NCBI RefSeq assembly: GCF_006345805.1
Contig: NC_043023.1
Location: 4,154,001-4,218,000 of the forward strand
Direction of reading: 5' to 3'
DNA from: Octopus sinensis
Lineage: Eukaryota
Length of the DNA: 64,000 nucleotides
Shown here one piece after another: positions 39,140-49,400 of this stretch; position 1 is the first letter of the stretch, and every line of letters starts with the position of its first letter. The position numbers were made by a program, and so were the translations under genes. The notes beneath the pieces are model-generated. The model searched no databases. It had not been told where the DNA came from and saw nothing but the letters and a program-made list of their open reading frames with translations.

Positions 39140-39922
39140 GTGATGAACATCGTCTGCGAGTACATTTAAAGGTTCCTGGTTGTGCGGATCTGGGAGATCT
39201 GTGAAGCTTCTAACGGAGATTTCTAAGACTCCTATCTTTTTTAAAAGACAGGAGAGGCAGTGTGGGAAAAAAAAAAAAGAATGCGAAAGTTGGGTGTGAG
39301 TTTATATTTTAGAGGGAAGGCGGACGGGTAGTAGGTGAGAGATAGTGGAATACGGTCGGTGGAAGTGCATGAAGATGGTAGGAGAGCTGCGGTGCGGTTG
39401 ATGGCTCGGGCTCGGTGGAGTGCCGGCTCAACAACTGATGGAGGATACCCTTACTTTAGAAAAAAAAACTGTCGCATCGTTTTGCAATGGGATTCGAACT
39501 CCGAATCGATGCGGCAAAGTATATATATATATATATATATCAACAATCAAGGAACGGCCATAATAGGCCATTCACCCACTAGAAATAACAGCCAAAGCTT
39601 CAACCGCAAATAAAGATCAATTCCGTAAACAGGAGAAAATTTAAAAAAACATTTACCCTGTAATTTCTTGTACGATGCACCGTTTCGTCTGCTGTTTAAT
39701 GGTAAACTAACCTGATTAAATTAAATCAAGCCAATCTTCCATAGGCCCTCAGATTCTTCAGCAAGAATAGCCAAGTCGGAACAGATATTTTCACGAGGCA
39801 TTTCCGACCCTGCCAAGGCAATATCTGACCTAAAATTTTCAAATCGTCGCACTCGCGCCAATTTATCGGCAGCAAATAAATATAAGCCGTCGATTCCATT
39901 ACGGAATTAACCAGAAAATTCA

Positions 39923-39996
<74 letters not shown>

Positions 39997-40118
39997 ATAT
40001 TATATATATATATACCGGAGTAAACACATAAATGTGAAACAAGGTGGAAAAAAGAGTACTCAAATACCAGTGGTAGAGTAATATGCTTTATTTTAAGCAG
40101 CAGAAAATTCAACAAAAT

Positions 40119-40156
40119 CTGTTACTCTGAGTTTCTCATTGCCGTTCATCAGACAG
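40119..40156 (-). ncRNA. Minimal hammerhead-ribozyme-like motif (mirror copy)
   Basis: Minus strand reads CTGT CTGATGA ACGGCAATGA GAA ACTC A GAGT A ACAG. Confidence 0.6.
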
Positions 40157-40808
40157 TTTTTGCTAGAATGGAACATATATATTAATTCAATCTATACTCT
40201 TACAAACGCTACACCTTTAAAAAGAAATGGACTTGTTTGATTGGCCCTTTAGAAAAACGGTCAATCTTCGAGCGATAAACAAAAAGGTCAAAAATATATG
40301 TATATATATATAAAAAAACTTATAAAACTTATAAAAATTATAAAATCCGAGGAAAAAACCGAGGAAAAAACCTATTGCCGTTAATGAAGACAGTACAAAT
40401 TAATGCATAGAAATTAAACCTGTTATAAATACTGCAATACATATTTATATTAAAATCCACATATATATATCAACATATATATATCAACATATGTTGATAT
40501 ATATATGTGGATTTTAATATAATATGTATTGCAGTATTTATAACAGGTTAATTTCTATGTATTAATTTGTACTGTCTTCATTAACGGCAATAGGTTTTTT
40601 CCTCGGTTTTTTCCTCGGATTTTATAATTTTTATAATTTTTATAAGTTTTTTTATATATATATACATATTTTTTGACCTTTTTGTTTATCGCTCGAAGAT
40701 TGACCGTTTTTTCTAAAGGGCCAATCAAACAAGTCCATTTCTTTTTAAAGGTGTAGCGTTTGTAAGAGTATAGATTGAATTAATATATATGTTCCATTCT
40801 AGCAAAAA

Positions 40809-40846
40809 CTGTCTGATGAACGGCAACGAGAAACTCAGAGTAACAG
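40809..40846 (+). ncRNA. Minimal type I hammerhead-ribozyme-like motif
   Basis: CTGT-CTGATGA-ACG GCAA CGA-GAA-ACTC A GAGT-A-ACAG: intact core, helix I CTGT/ACAG, helix III ACTC/GAGT, GUA cleavage triplet. Helix II has an A.A mismatch at its base. Confidence 0.65.
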
Positions 40847-41793
40847 ATTTTGTTGAATTTTCTGCTGCTTAAAATAAAGTATATATATATATATATTTGG
40901 CTTGTGTGGTGCAGTTGCAATATATGTGCAGAGGTTTTTACATTATATATATATATATACACTGGCCGAAACCTATCAAAGGTGTGTGTGTATGCGTGCG
41001 CTTTTGGCACCTTGATATGTTTCGGCCAGTATTGGACCAGGCCATGTCTAACTTAATACCACTACCTGGCAAAGTCACTCATATCAGGAATCGAACATGG
41101 CCCATTCGAGGAGAGAGCTGCTGTTGACGGAGACCACAGAGAACAACAGCATTCAGAGTTTGCAGGTGAAATGAGGTGCCTATGTCGAAATATGCCTTGT
41201 AGGCCACACACGTTTTAGCAGATGTTGTTACAGAGTATTTTTTTAGTCTTCTCTTGATAAATTCACCGCAGACATAACAAAATCCATCAGTCAGATCATT
41301 ACAATCTCTTGACGCAATTTGGGACAGCTACAAGAAAACCAAACTAAAGAGTCTATGTTTCCTGAATCCTTTTATTTATAGTGCATTCAGTGTTGCCAGA
41401 ATGTTCTAGAAATAAATATAGAGATCGGTTGTCCAATATATATATATTGGTAAAAACGGTAAGATAACAAAAGAAAGAGACCTCGATATTATGTAAATAG
41501 AGGAAATTTATCAGTAAATGTAATATGTGACAATTATTCGGTAGCCAAGATAAAACTCTGAGTTTTGGATGCCGAGGTGGAAATCCACGCCACCATCTCT
41601 TCAGTTATCCAGCCATCGGAAAAACGCTATGAAAAATGACCGTTATATATATGTATATATATACATATATATACATATATATATATATACATATAACGGG
41701 AAGCTTTATGAAAATAAACAAAAGACGAAGGCAGGTGGAAAACAAACGAACAATTGTATTAGTATGGCGCTCAGGAAATATAAATAAAACAAG

Positions 41794-41831
41794 TCTTTAA
41801 CGTTTCGAGCCTACGCTCTTCAACAGAAAGA
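41794..41831 (-). ncRNA. Hammerhead-like motif at the 3' end of the Penelope element
   Basis: TCTTT-CTGTTGA-A-GAGC GTAG GCTC-GAA-ACGT-T-AAAGA: all helices pair, but the core has CUGU instead of CUGA. Confidence 0.5.
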
Positions 41832-42004
41832 TACACAGAGAGAAAAAAAAACACAGAAAGAAGGAGAGAAAAAAAATGCGTGCAGTAGCTAACGAATCAA
41901 CATGGCGATCTGATTTCGGCCAGAGGTCAAAGATCAAACATGAGACGCGAGAGCGAAATAAGGGGAGATAATAGGGTTGATAAAAGGGTTGAGGGACCAG
42001 CTAA

Positions 42005-42345
42005 TAGTGCGTAGGAGGGGTTTGGACGTGTGTATGTATAGGGTTGGTGTATGTATTAGTATGTATTAGTATGTATAAGGGTGTGTGTGTGTGTGTGTGT
42101 ATGAGAGAGTATTAGTGCGTAGGATTGGTCTGGACGTGCGTATGTATGGGGTTGGTGTATGTATTAGTATGTATTAGTATGTATTAGTACGTATTGGTAT
42201 GTATAAGTGTGTGTGTGTGTGTATGAGAGAGTATAAGTGCGTATGCGGGGTCTGGACGTGTGTATGTATAGGGTTGGTGTATGTATTAGTATGTACTAGT
42301 ATGTATTAGTACGTATTAGTATGTATTAGTTGGTGTGTGTATTAG
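42005..42345. repeat. Three tandem ~110-120-bp units in the Penelope 3' region
   Basis: TAGTGCGTAGGA...TGGACGTG.GTATGTAT.GGGTTGGTGTATGTATTAGTATG... starts at ~42005, ~42114 and ~42235. Confidence 0.85.
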
Positions 42346-43739
42346 TATGGCACATCATATGTGATGTGATGTGTAAAGTCATGTGGTGTAGTGAGAAGAG
42401 GGGGAGGGGAAGAAGAGGGGGAGGGGGAGGAGGGGGATGAAGGAGGAAAGAGGGAGAGGGGGAGAGAGAAGGGGAGTGAGGGAGCAGAGGGAAGGGGAAG
42501 AGGGAGGGAGAAAGAGGGAAGAAGGGAAGGGGAGTAGGGGTGAAAGGATGAAGGACTGAAGAAGTAGGGGTCGGGGGGAAAGGATAGGTGAGGAGGGGGA
42601 GAGAGTTGAGACCAAATGGCGTATAAGAGCGAAGAGAGAAGATTAATTCCTGTTCACGGCGCAAACGGGAATCCGGATGGCCTCTGTGTAAGAACAAACC
42701 GAACACAGATAGGTGTTGCAAGGAGTGACCGGTGGAGCGGAAATGGCGTGAGACCGGTGTGTCGTTCGCAAGGTGGATGTCACGAAGGTGTTCCGCGAAC
42801 CGGTCAGCCAAGCGGCGTCCCGTTTGTCCGATGTACAAGGAATTGCAGAGAGAGCAAGAGATGCAATAGATAATATTGCTGGAGGTGCAGGTGAAGGAGT
42901 GGATGATGGGATAGGGTCGATGGTGGGTGCTAGTGAGGCGGGTGGTGTTGGAGAGGTAAGGGCAAGTGCGGCAACGTGGGCGGGTGCAGGGGAACGAGCC
43001 GGGTTGGGAGGTAGGGTCAGGGAAGGAGCTATGGACCAAAAGGTCTCGAAGGTTGTGGGCTCGTTTGAAAGAGGGGAGGGGTCGGTTAGGGAAGAGGTGT
43101 GAAGTGGACGGGTCGGACTGGAGATGACGGAAAGCTCGAAGAATGGTGCGTTGGAGACGTAGGGTCGTGGGGTGGTAAGTGAGGGGAAAATGGAGGCGGG
43201 AGACTACAGGGCGGGTTCGGGGAGAGAGAGCAGATACACGGTCCACGGACCGTGCTCTGGCAAGGGCGGTGTGGATAGTGGTGAGGGGGTATCCACGTAG
43301 GGTGAAGTGGTGAGCCATACGTTGAGACTGAGTCTCAAAGTCATGGTCGTCACTACAGAGCCTACGTAGACGGAGGAATTGGGAATAGGGGATGGAAAGC
43401 TTGGTGTGTTCTGGGTGGGAGGAAGAGAAGTTGAGGTATGAGTGTGAGTTTGTGTGTTTGTAGTGAATGGAGGTGGTAAGAGTGGAGTGAAGAATGCTAA
43501 CCGAAATGTCGAGGAAGGAGACAGAGGTGTTGGAGATAGTGGAAGTGAAGTGGAGGGCTGGATGGAAAGATTGGACGAAAGAGAGGAAGGAATCTAGATG
43601 TTCGCGGGAGAGTGAGGTGGCACCGATAATGTCGTCAATGTAACGACCATATAGTTCAGGAGTGGGACTACGCACACACAAACACACATTAAACAGTATA
43701 ATTATTTTAAAAACATTAATTCAGATTACAACTTCATAT

Positions 43740-44065
43740 AGGCGCAGGAGTGGCTGTGTGGTAAGTAGCTTGCTTACTTGCCACATGGTTCCGGGTTCAG
43801 TCCCATTGCGTGGCACCTTGGGTGAGTGTCTTGTACTGTAGCCTCGGGCCGACCAAAGCCTTGAGTGGATTTGGTAGATGGAAACTGAAAGAAGCCCGTC
43901 GTGTATGTGTGTGTGTGTGTGTGAGCGTGTGTGTGTGGCTTGACAACCGATTTTGGTGTGTTTACGTCCCCGTTACTTAGCGGTTCGGCAAAGAGACCGA
44001 TAGAATAAGTCCTGGGGTCAATTTGTTCGACCGAAGTCGGTGCTCCAGCAAGTAAAAGAATAAAC
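43740..44065 (+). mobile_element. tRNA-derived SINE with CORE-like ACCTTGGG(C/T)(A/G)AGTG motif (family B)
   Basis: GGCGCAGGAGTGGCTGTGTGGTAAG...GGGTTCAGTCCC...GGAAACTGAAAGAAGCCCG. Other copies at ~3497-3880, 8270-8600, 15405-15810, 48790-48940 (-) and 57330-57480 (-). Confidence 0.8.
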
Positions 44066-44467
44066 GAATAAATATTTCAAGATCAAAGCAATTAGGAAAC
44101 CACACTTAATGACCAAAGACAAACAAAAGTCTGAAATTTGTTACATGGTGATTATCGGATTTTGTTAGGGCCCCACGTGGTGATGATGTGGATTGGGAAA
44201 ATGTGGGTAGAAGGTGATGTGCCAGCAACCCTCTTCCCCTTATTGTAAACAACAACACAAATAACTACGCAGCCATGGTTGAAACAAGAACAACAAGCAT
44301 TATTAAAAGACAAAAGAAGCATGGTCATTCCTTATTCAAGTGACCTTATCTTATCACCCGTCACTTGTGTACTCATAAATTAGTTTGATAGCTGAGCTCT
44401 GATTGGCTGTAAGCAAATGATTTCATAACTGGGGTCCGGAACTCTCGTGCCAAAAAATATTTCGCGT

Positions 44468-44613
44468 GCGGCCATGCTGGGTCACCGCCGATATTTTGAA
44501 AGATGCTTATAACACTTAGGTTTCACTTAGTGATCACCCATTTCAGTAGTAACTAGTCTCGACGTTGTATAACTTTCGTGATCAGACGACGACAATTTTG
44601 TTCTGCATCATAC

Positions 44614-44615
<2 letters not shown>
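44468..44615 (-). pseudogene. 5S rRNA-derived copy with a SINE-like 3' extension
   Basis: Minus strand TCGTCTGATCACGAAAGTTATACAACGTCGAGACTAGTTACTACTGAAATGGGTGATCACT...GTGTTATAAGC aligns by eye at about 75% to a recalled metazoan 5S core. Confidence 0.75.
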
Positions 44616-44648
<33 letters not shown>

Positions 44649-44894
44649 TAATAATTGAAACGAGGTAAAGAACAGCAAGCAATCCCACTCAGCAATTTAT
44701 CCAAAGCGCTAAAGTTTCCTGTCAGCTCGTCAATAACGGTTAAGATACATGGACTCAATTCTGAGGGAGATAACTCGGTGCATAATTAGGGGAAATAATT
44801 AAGGTTAATTTTATTAGAGTTATTTCCCCTAGTTTTTATTTCTTTCTTGTCTTCACTTCTATTTTATCTTTTTTATTTTGAGCTGGAGAGGTGT

Positions 44895-45042
44895 GCCCAT
44901 GCTGGGGCACCGCCGTTATTTTCAAAAATGTTTACAGCACTTAGCTTTTTTAAGCGATCATCCATCTGAACACTAACTAGTCTCGATGTTGTTTCCCTGC
45001 CTTGATCAGACGACGACTGTTGGATTCCGCGTTATATAATAC
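44895..45042 (-). pseudogene. Second 5S rRNA-derived copy, same derived family
   Basis: Shares the derived motifs GTCGTCGTCTGATCA, CGAGACTAGTTA and CTAAGTG, plus the downstream GAAAATA.CGGCGGTG.CCCAGCATGG, with the 44468 copy. Confidence 0.7.
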
Positions 45043-45462
45043 ACGTCATACATTTCGTCTGCTACGTTCTGAGTTCAAATTCTGCCGAAGTCGACTTTGC
45101 CTTTCATCCTTTCGGGGTCGATAAATTAAGTACCAGTTACGCACTGGGGTCGATGTAATCGACTTAATCCCTTTGTCTGTCCTTGTTTGTCCTCTCTGTG
45201 TTTAGCTCCTTGTGGGTAGTAAAGAAATTGGATTTTGTTTGCCGCTAAGTTCTGAGTTCAAATTCCGCCGAGGTCGACTTTGCCTTTCATCCTTTCGGGG
45301 TCGATAAATTAAGTACCAGTTATGCACTGGGGTCAATATAATCGACTTAATCCGTTTGTCTGTCCTTGTTTGTCCCCTCTGTGCTTAGCCCCTTGTGGGT
45401 AGTAAAGAAATAGGATTTTGTCTGCCGCTAAGTTCTGAGTTCAATTTCCGCCGAGGTCGACT

Positions 45463-46940
45463 TCTCCTCCTCCTGTTTTTCCTCCATCTGGTGTAGCCGT
45501 TGGTGCCAAAACAATTTTTTCTTTCACAATATAGTGACTTTCATCAAAAATGTCGTTTGAATACCGTTGTTTAAATTGTTCGAAGAGTTCATTATCGATT
45601 CTTGCTAATCGCAAGTGCGCCGGTTTTCCTTCGATAGGTCCAATCACAGTACATTTCATCCGTGTTATCAAACTGTGTAACATTTCATTTTTTGTGTTAT
45701 AGGAGACAATTTCTTCTCCTTGTATATGTTTATGCGAAGGGTTGTGTGTCGGTTTCGCTTTCGAAGTGGACGGGGTATTTTTTTTTCTGTGTGTGTGTGT
45801 TTTGCAATGATTCTTTACGTTTTCTTGTAAGGGGGAGGTGAGTCAGAGCCAAGGGGTTTTTTCCTTTTATGAGTCACTACTGTATAATCCATTTCTTCAC
45901 TTGAAGTTCCTTTCTCTTTTTCTGTTATATTTTCTGTTGGTTTATCTTTCTCTTGCCTTTTCCTGGTTTTACTTATTTCTTCTATCGGTTTGGTTTTTTC
46001 GTATTTCACCTTTTCCTCTTGTTGGTCTGTTTCCAGTTGGGGAGGGACCTCTGCTTTCTTTTGCGTCGACTTTTTTATCTTCTCGCATTCGGAGCGGACG
46101 TGGCCCTTCTCACCGTATTGAAAACATCTGAGCCGCTGTCCCTCCACCGACTCTCTCGCGCTCAGTCCGTCCCCTATGACAATCCTGTCTGGCCTGGATT
46201 CAAGCGTTCCATTCGAAGCTTGAACCAATAATTCTAATGCCTGGCCCCTCCAGTTAATTGCCTCTCTTGGAGAGAATATTCATCTCCTCCTCTGCTGCAA
46301 ACCAATACACATCGAACCCGGACGGAATTTCCTCAACTGTTATTTTCGCGGTTCTCCGGCCGAGATACGTTGGTAATAACAAAATGTCGTCAGTTTTCAG
46401 TGTCTGTGTGCACATTTCTTTAGCTACTTCGGCGCTTTCAAATTGCGCCTCTATTGTTGCAATGCGTGGGCCTTTACCGACATACTTTATTTTTCCCCAA
46501 ATGGGAGCGAGACATTTTTCAATTAATTCGGTTTTCAATGCCATAATGCGTTTCTCCTTTCTGTTGTAAGTTTTGTAAACAACCGTTCTCACTGCAAGAT
46601 TTTGAATTATATCTTTGGGTGGAACAAGCCTGGTTTCGTTTCCGCTTCGTTTTATTAAATTTCTGTATATAAACAGGGTTTTTTGAAACTTCTAAATCAA
46701 CGAATTGACCGCCAACGACTTTATTTCCTTCAGGGTTAACCTGTTCCGAACAATTATTTTCTTCCTGCATGGAGATTTGGTAAGTCGAACCCTGCATGGG
46801 TCGCCTTCACAGCGTCGTCTACAATACGAGAGAAATAGTTTTAAAGGGCAGGTAAACCATAATTCCTTGAAAATAAATTGTCTCCCTTAGAACACAACTT
46901 CCATTGTGCGTGTGTGTCGCAATTTCTCCGCGAATCGTAC
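45463..46940 (-). mobile_element. ORF1/gag-like remnant of a Tx1/L1-type non-LTR element
   Basis: Adjacent broken ORFs 46254-46592, 45815-46228 (zinc knuckle CFQYGEKGHVRSEC followed by a Lys/Glu-rich tail) and 45441-45683. No ORF2 seen. Confidence 0.55.
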
Positions 46941-47424
46941 TTGTTCCAGTCATTAAGTTGCGGCCATGCTAGAGCAGCGACTTTGAAGATTCTCCGTCAA
47001 ATGAATCGACCACAGTACGTTTATTTTTAAACCTGGTATTTGTTCTCTCTTTCTATTTTGCTGAAACGCTAAATTACGGAGAGGTAAACAAACCAACGCT
47101 GGTGTTTTCAGGCAGTGGGGGGGGGGGGACAAACACACAGGTGTGTGTGTGTGTGTATATATATATATGCATATATACATACATATATGTACGCGTAGAC
47201 GAAACAGGGACAACTGAAGAAGGGGAATGTTCCTTGTGTTGCATGTCTTGTACTCTGTTCTTTCGTTGCTTGAAAAAAAGTTTGTTTCCATGTTTTTGTT
47301 GTTTTCGTTTCTCATTGTGTTCAACGTTTTTTTTTTATGTCCTGTATGTATATATGCATGTATATATACATATATGCATGTATGTATACATATAGATGTA
47401 GGTATGTACATATATGTATGTAAT

Positions 47425-47940
47425 TACTAGCAGTATCGCCCGGCGTTGCTCGAGTTTGTAAGGGAAATAACTATATAAGCATTTTTAGAGAGTTACTTCC
47501 CTTCTAGATGCCAATTCGGGCTTTCTTAGCCATTTCTGTTTTGGTGTCTTCAAGCCATGAAGTCGTTGTTCTAAAAGAACGCTGGTCTCCTTGACAACGC
47601 TTTACGACGTTGATTTCCATACACTCCCTTCCCCACAGCTTCACGAGGGAGGGAAGAAGGGGGAGAAGCAAACAGGTGCAGGTGTCACCATGGACGCCAA
47701 CTCCGCCGCCATCGACACACGAAAAATTATGCATTAAAATGGAATAAAAAATGATGTTAAATTATTTTTTAAATCGTAGACTCATCGTAGACGCGTGCTA
47801 ATACTCAGATGGGCTCGATATTAATCACGACTATAAGATACCCGAATTTGGTTAAACTGCACCGCAAAATGTGGGAGTAGTTAGGAATCTAAATCGAAGG
47901 GGACAGACACTCACACAACTACAGTTTTATATATATAGAT
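47425..47940 (+). mobile_element. Non-autonomous Helitron/Helentron-like element
   Basis: 5' TACTAGCAGTATCGCCCGGCGTTGCTCG and 3' TTTTATATATATAGAT termini. The same 14-bp 5' end occurs at 20466. Confidence 0.55.
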
Positions 47941-47989
47941 ATGATCGAACGCCACGCGTACTTTTCCAAGTATATATATCCATACGTTC

Positions 47990-48760
47990 TTCGTGCCATT
48001 TATAGATTATGAGAAGGCCTTCGATAGCGTCGAAACCAACGCAGTGCTGAACTCGCTGCAGAGGCAAGGAATCGAAGCGCAATATGTGCAGCTGCTCAGA
48101 GAGGCAAATTCCGGATGCACCACCGACATAGCTCTACTGTCATCACCCATACGAGTGCCGGTCGAGAAGGGAGTGAAGCAAGGAGATACAATCTCCCCAA
48201 AACTTTTCACTGCATGTCTCAAACAGATCATCAGAGGCAGATGTAAGGGCCAGATGGCAGGCGTTTAATGGCATAAGGGATGTGCTCAAGGGAAGGTTGG
48301 ACAGGACAACCCACGCCAACCTCATTAACAGTGCAGTTCTGCCTGCAATGTTGTATGGTAGTGAAACATGGGCTACCACAAAGAGAGAAGAGCAGAGACT
48401 GGTAACGGCTCAAAGAGCCATGAAAAGGTCAATGCTTGGTATCTCGTTGAGAGAGCACATAAATAGCAAGATCATCAGAAAGAAGTCCGGCGTGAGAGAT
48501 GTCATCGCTGAGTATACACACAGCAAGTATAGATGGGCTGGACACGTCGCCCGGCTCACTGATAATCGGTGGACGCACGCAGTTGTCGAGTGGTACCTGC
48601 GTGAGCGGAAAAGACCACCTGGAACACCTCCACGAAGGTGGAGTGACGATTTCAAGAGTACGATTGGGGATCACGTGGATGAGAAAGGCGCGATCCAGAG
48701 AGGAGTGGACAGCGTGCTGTGACCAGCGGTGTCAAATGGACGCCTGACGGACTGGTCGGT
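47990..48760 (+). mobile_element. RTE-1-like LINE fragment with internal deletion
   Basis: FIDYEKAFDSVE...KGVKQGDTISPKLF, then directly MLYGSETW...QRAMKRSMLG...KYRWAGHVAR..DNRWT...RPPGTPPRRWSDDF. The YADD region is missing. Confidence 0.9.
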
Positions 48761-49087
48761 CAAAGTGATCAAAGCGATATATCCATACACGGACATATGA
48801 TGGGCTTTTCTTTTCCATCTGCTAAATCCATTCACAAAGCTTTGGTCGTCCCAAGGCTATTGTAGAAGACACTTGCCCAAGGTGTCCCACAGTGGGATTG
48901 AACCCAGAACCATGTGGTTGGGAAGCAAGCTTCTTACTCCAAGGCTTAATGATCAAACAAAACAGTATGGGTTGCCTCTGTGCATTGCTTTTGTCAACTA
49001 TGAAAAGTTCTGGGCCCTAAAAATGAACTGCATGAAATCCAAATATGTGGTCCAAAGACAGCACAAAGATGAAAAGCAGAGGGAGTA

Positions 49088-49400
49088 ATGAAATCGGGGA
49101 AGTAGAGGGTTTGTTGGACACAGCGTGAGACGACTGTTGTTATCGTTAGGCCTAACTCATCGTAAAGTCAATACCACCATGACCGATATCCAATCTACAG
49201 TGGAGAAGGCTAGCCACTGGATTTGGTTAAAAAGAGACGATGAGCGATGGCTAGAAGGATATTGAGTTTAACTTCATAACCAGCTGATCTAGCAAGTGGG
49301 GCCTCATATCAGTGAGGGGGGCCGGTGCGCATTGATGCCGTCGAGAGGTAGGACACGAAACGGCGCGCATTCTCTCCTGATGACCCCATACACTTGCTAG
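49088..49400 (+). mobile_element. 3' end of an R2-superfamily (Hero-like) non-LTR retrotransposon
   Basis: Reads EIG.SRGFVGHSVRRLLLSLGL...QSTVEKASHWIWLKRDDERWLEGY* (TGA 49263-49265), the typical C-terminus of a restriction-like endonuclease. Confidence 0.7.

Larger units (their letters stand above)
40017..40880. mobile_element. Short hammerhead-bearing (Penelope pLTR-like) element in palindromic arrangement
   Basis: About 40095-40490 is the reverse complement of about 40491-40880, centred on CAACATATGTTG. The left end (40017-40120) is homologous to 1843-1945. Confidence 0.75.
41690..43672 (-). mobile_element. 5'-truncated Penelope-like retroelement (Neptune-type): RT C-terminus plus GIY-YIG endonuclease
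   Basis: Uninterrupted ORF 42326-43687 with RYIDDI, FLDI, YLNFSSSHP, SIPYSQFLRLRR, a Cys-rich linker PCTRPRCRTC and the GIY-YIG motif NIIYCISCSLCNSLYIGQTGRRLADRFAEH...REQELI...FGLN. Confidence 0.95.

Noticed and set aside
49345-49390. GAAAC ... CTGATGA in the Hero 3' UTR as a type II hammerhead
   Set aside because: The flanks that should form helix II (GGACAC / CCCCAT) do not pair, and no helix III/NUH arrangement is evident.
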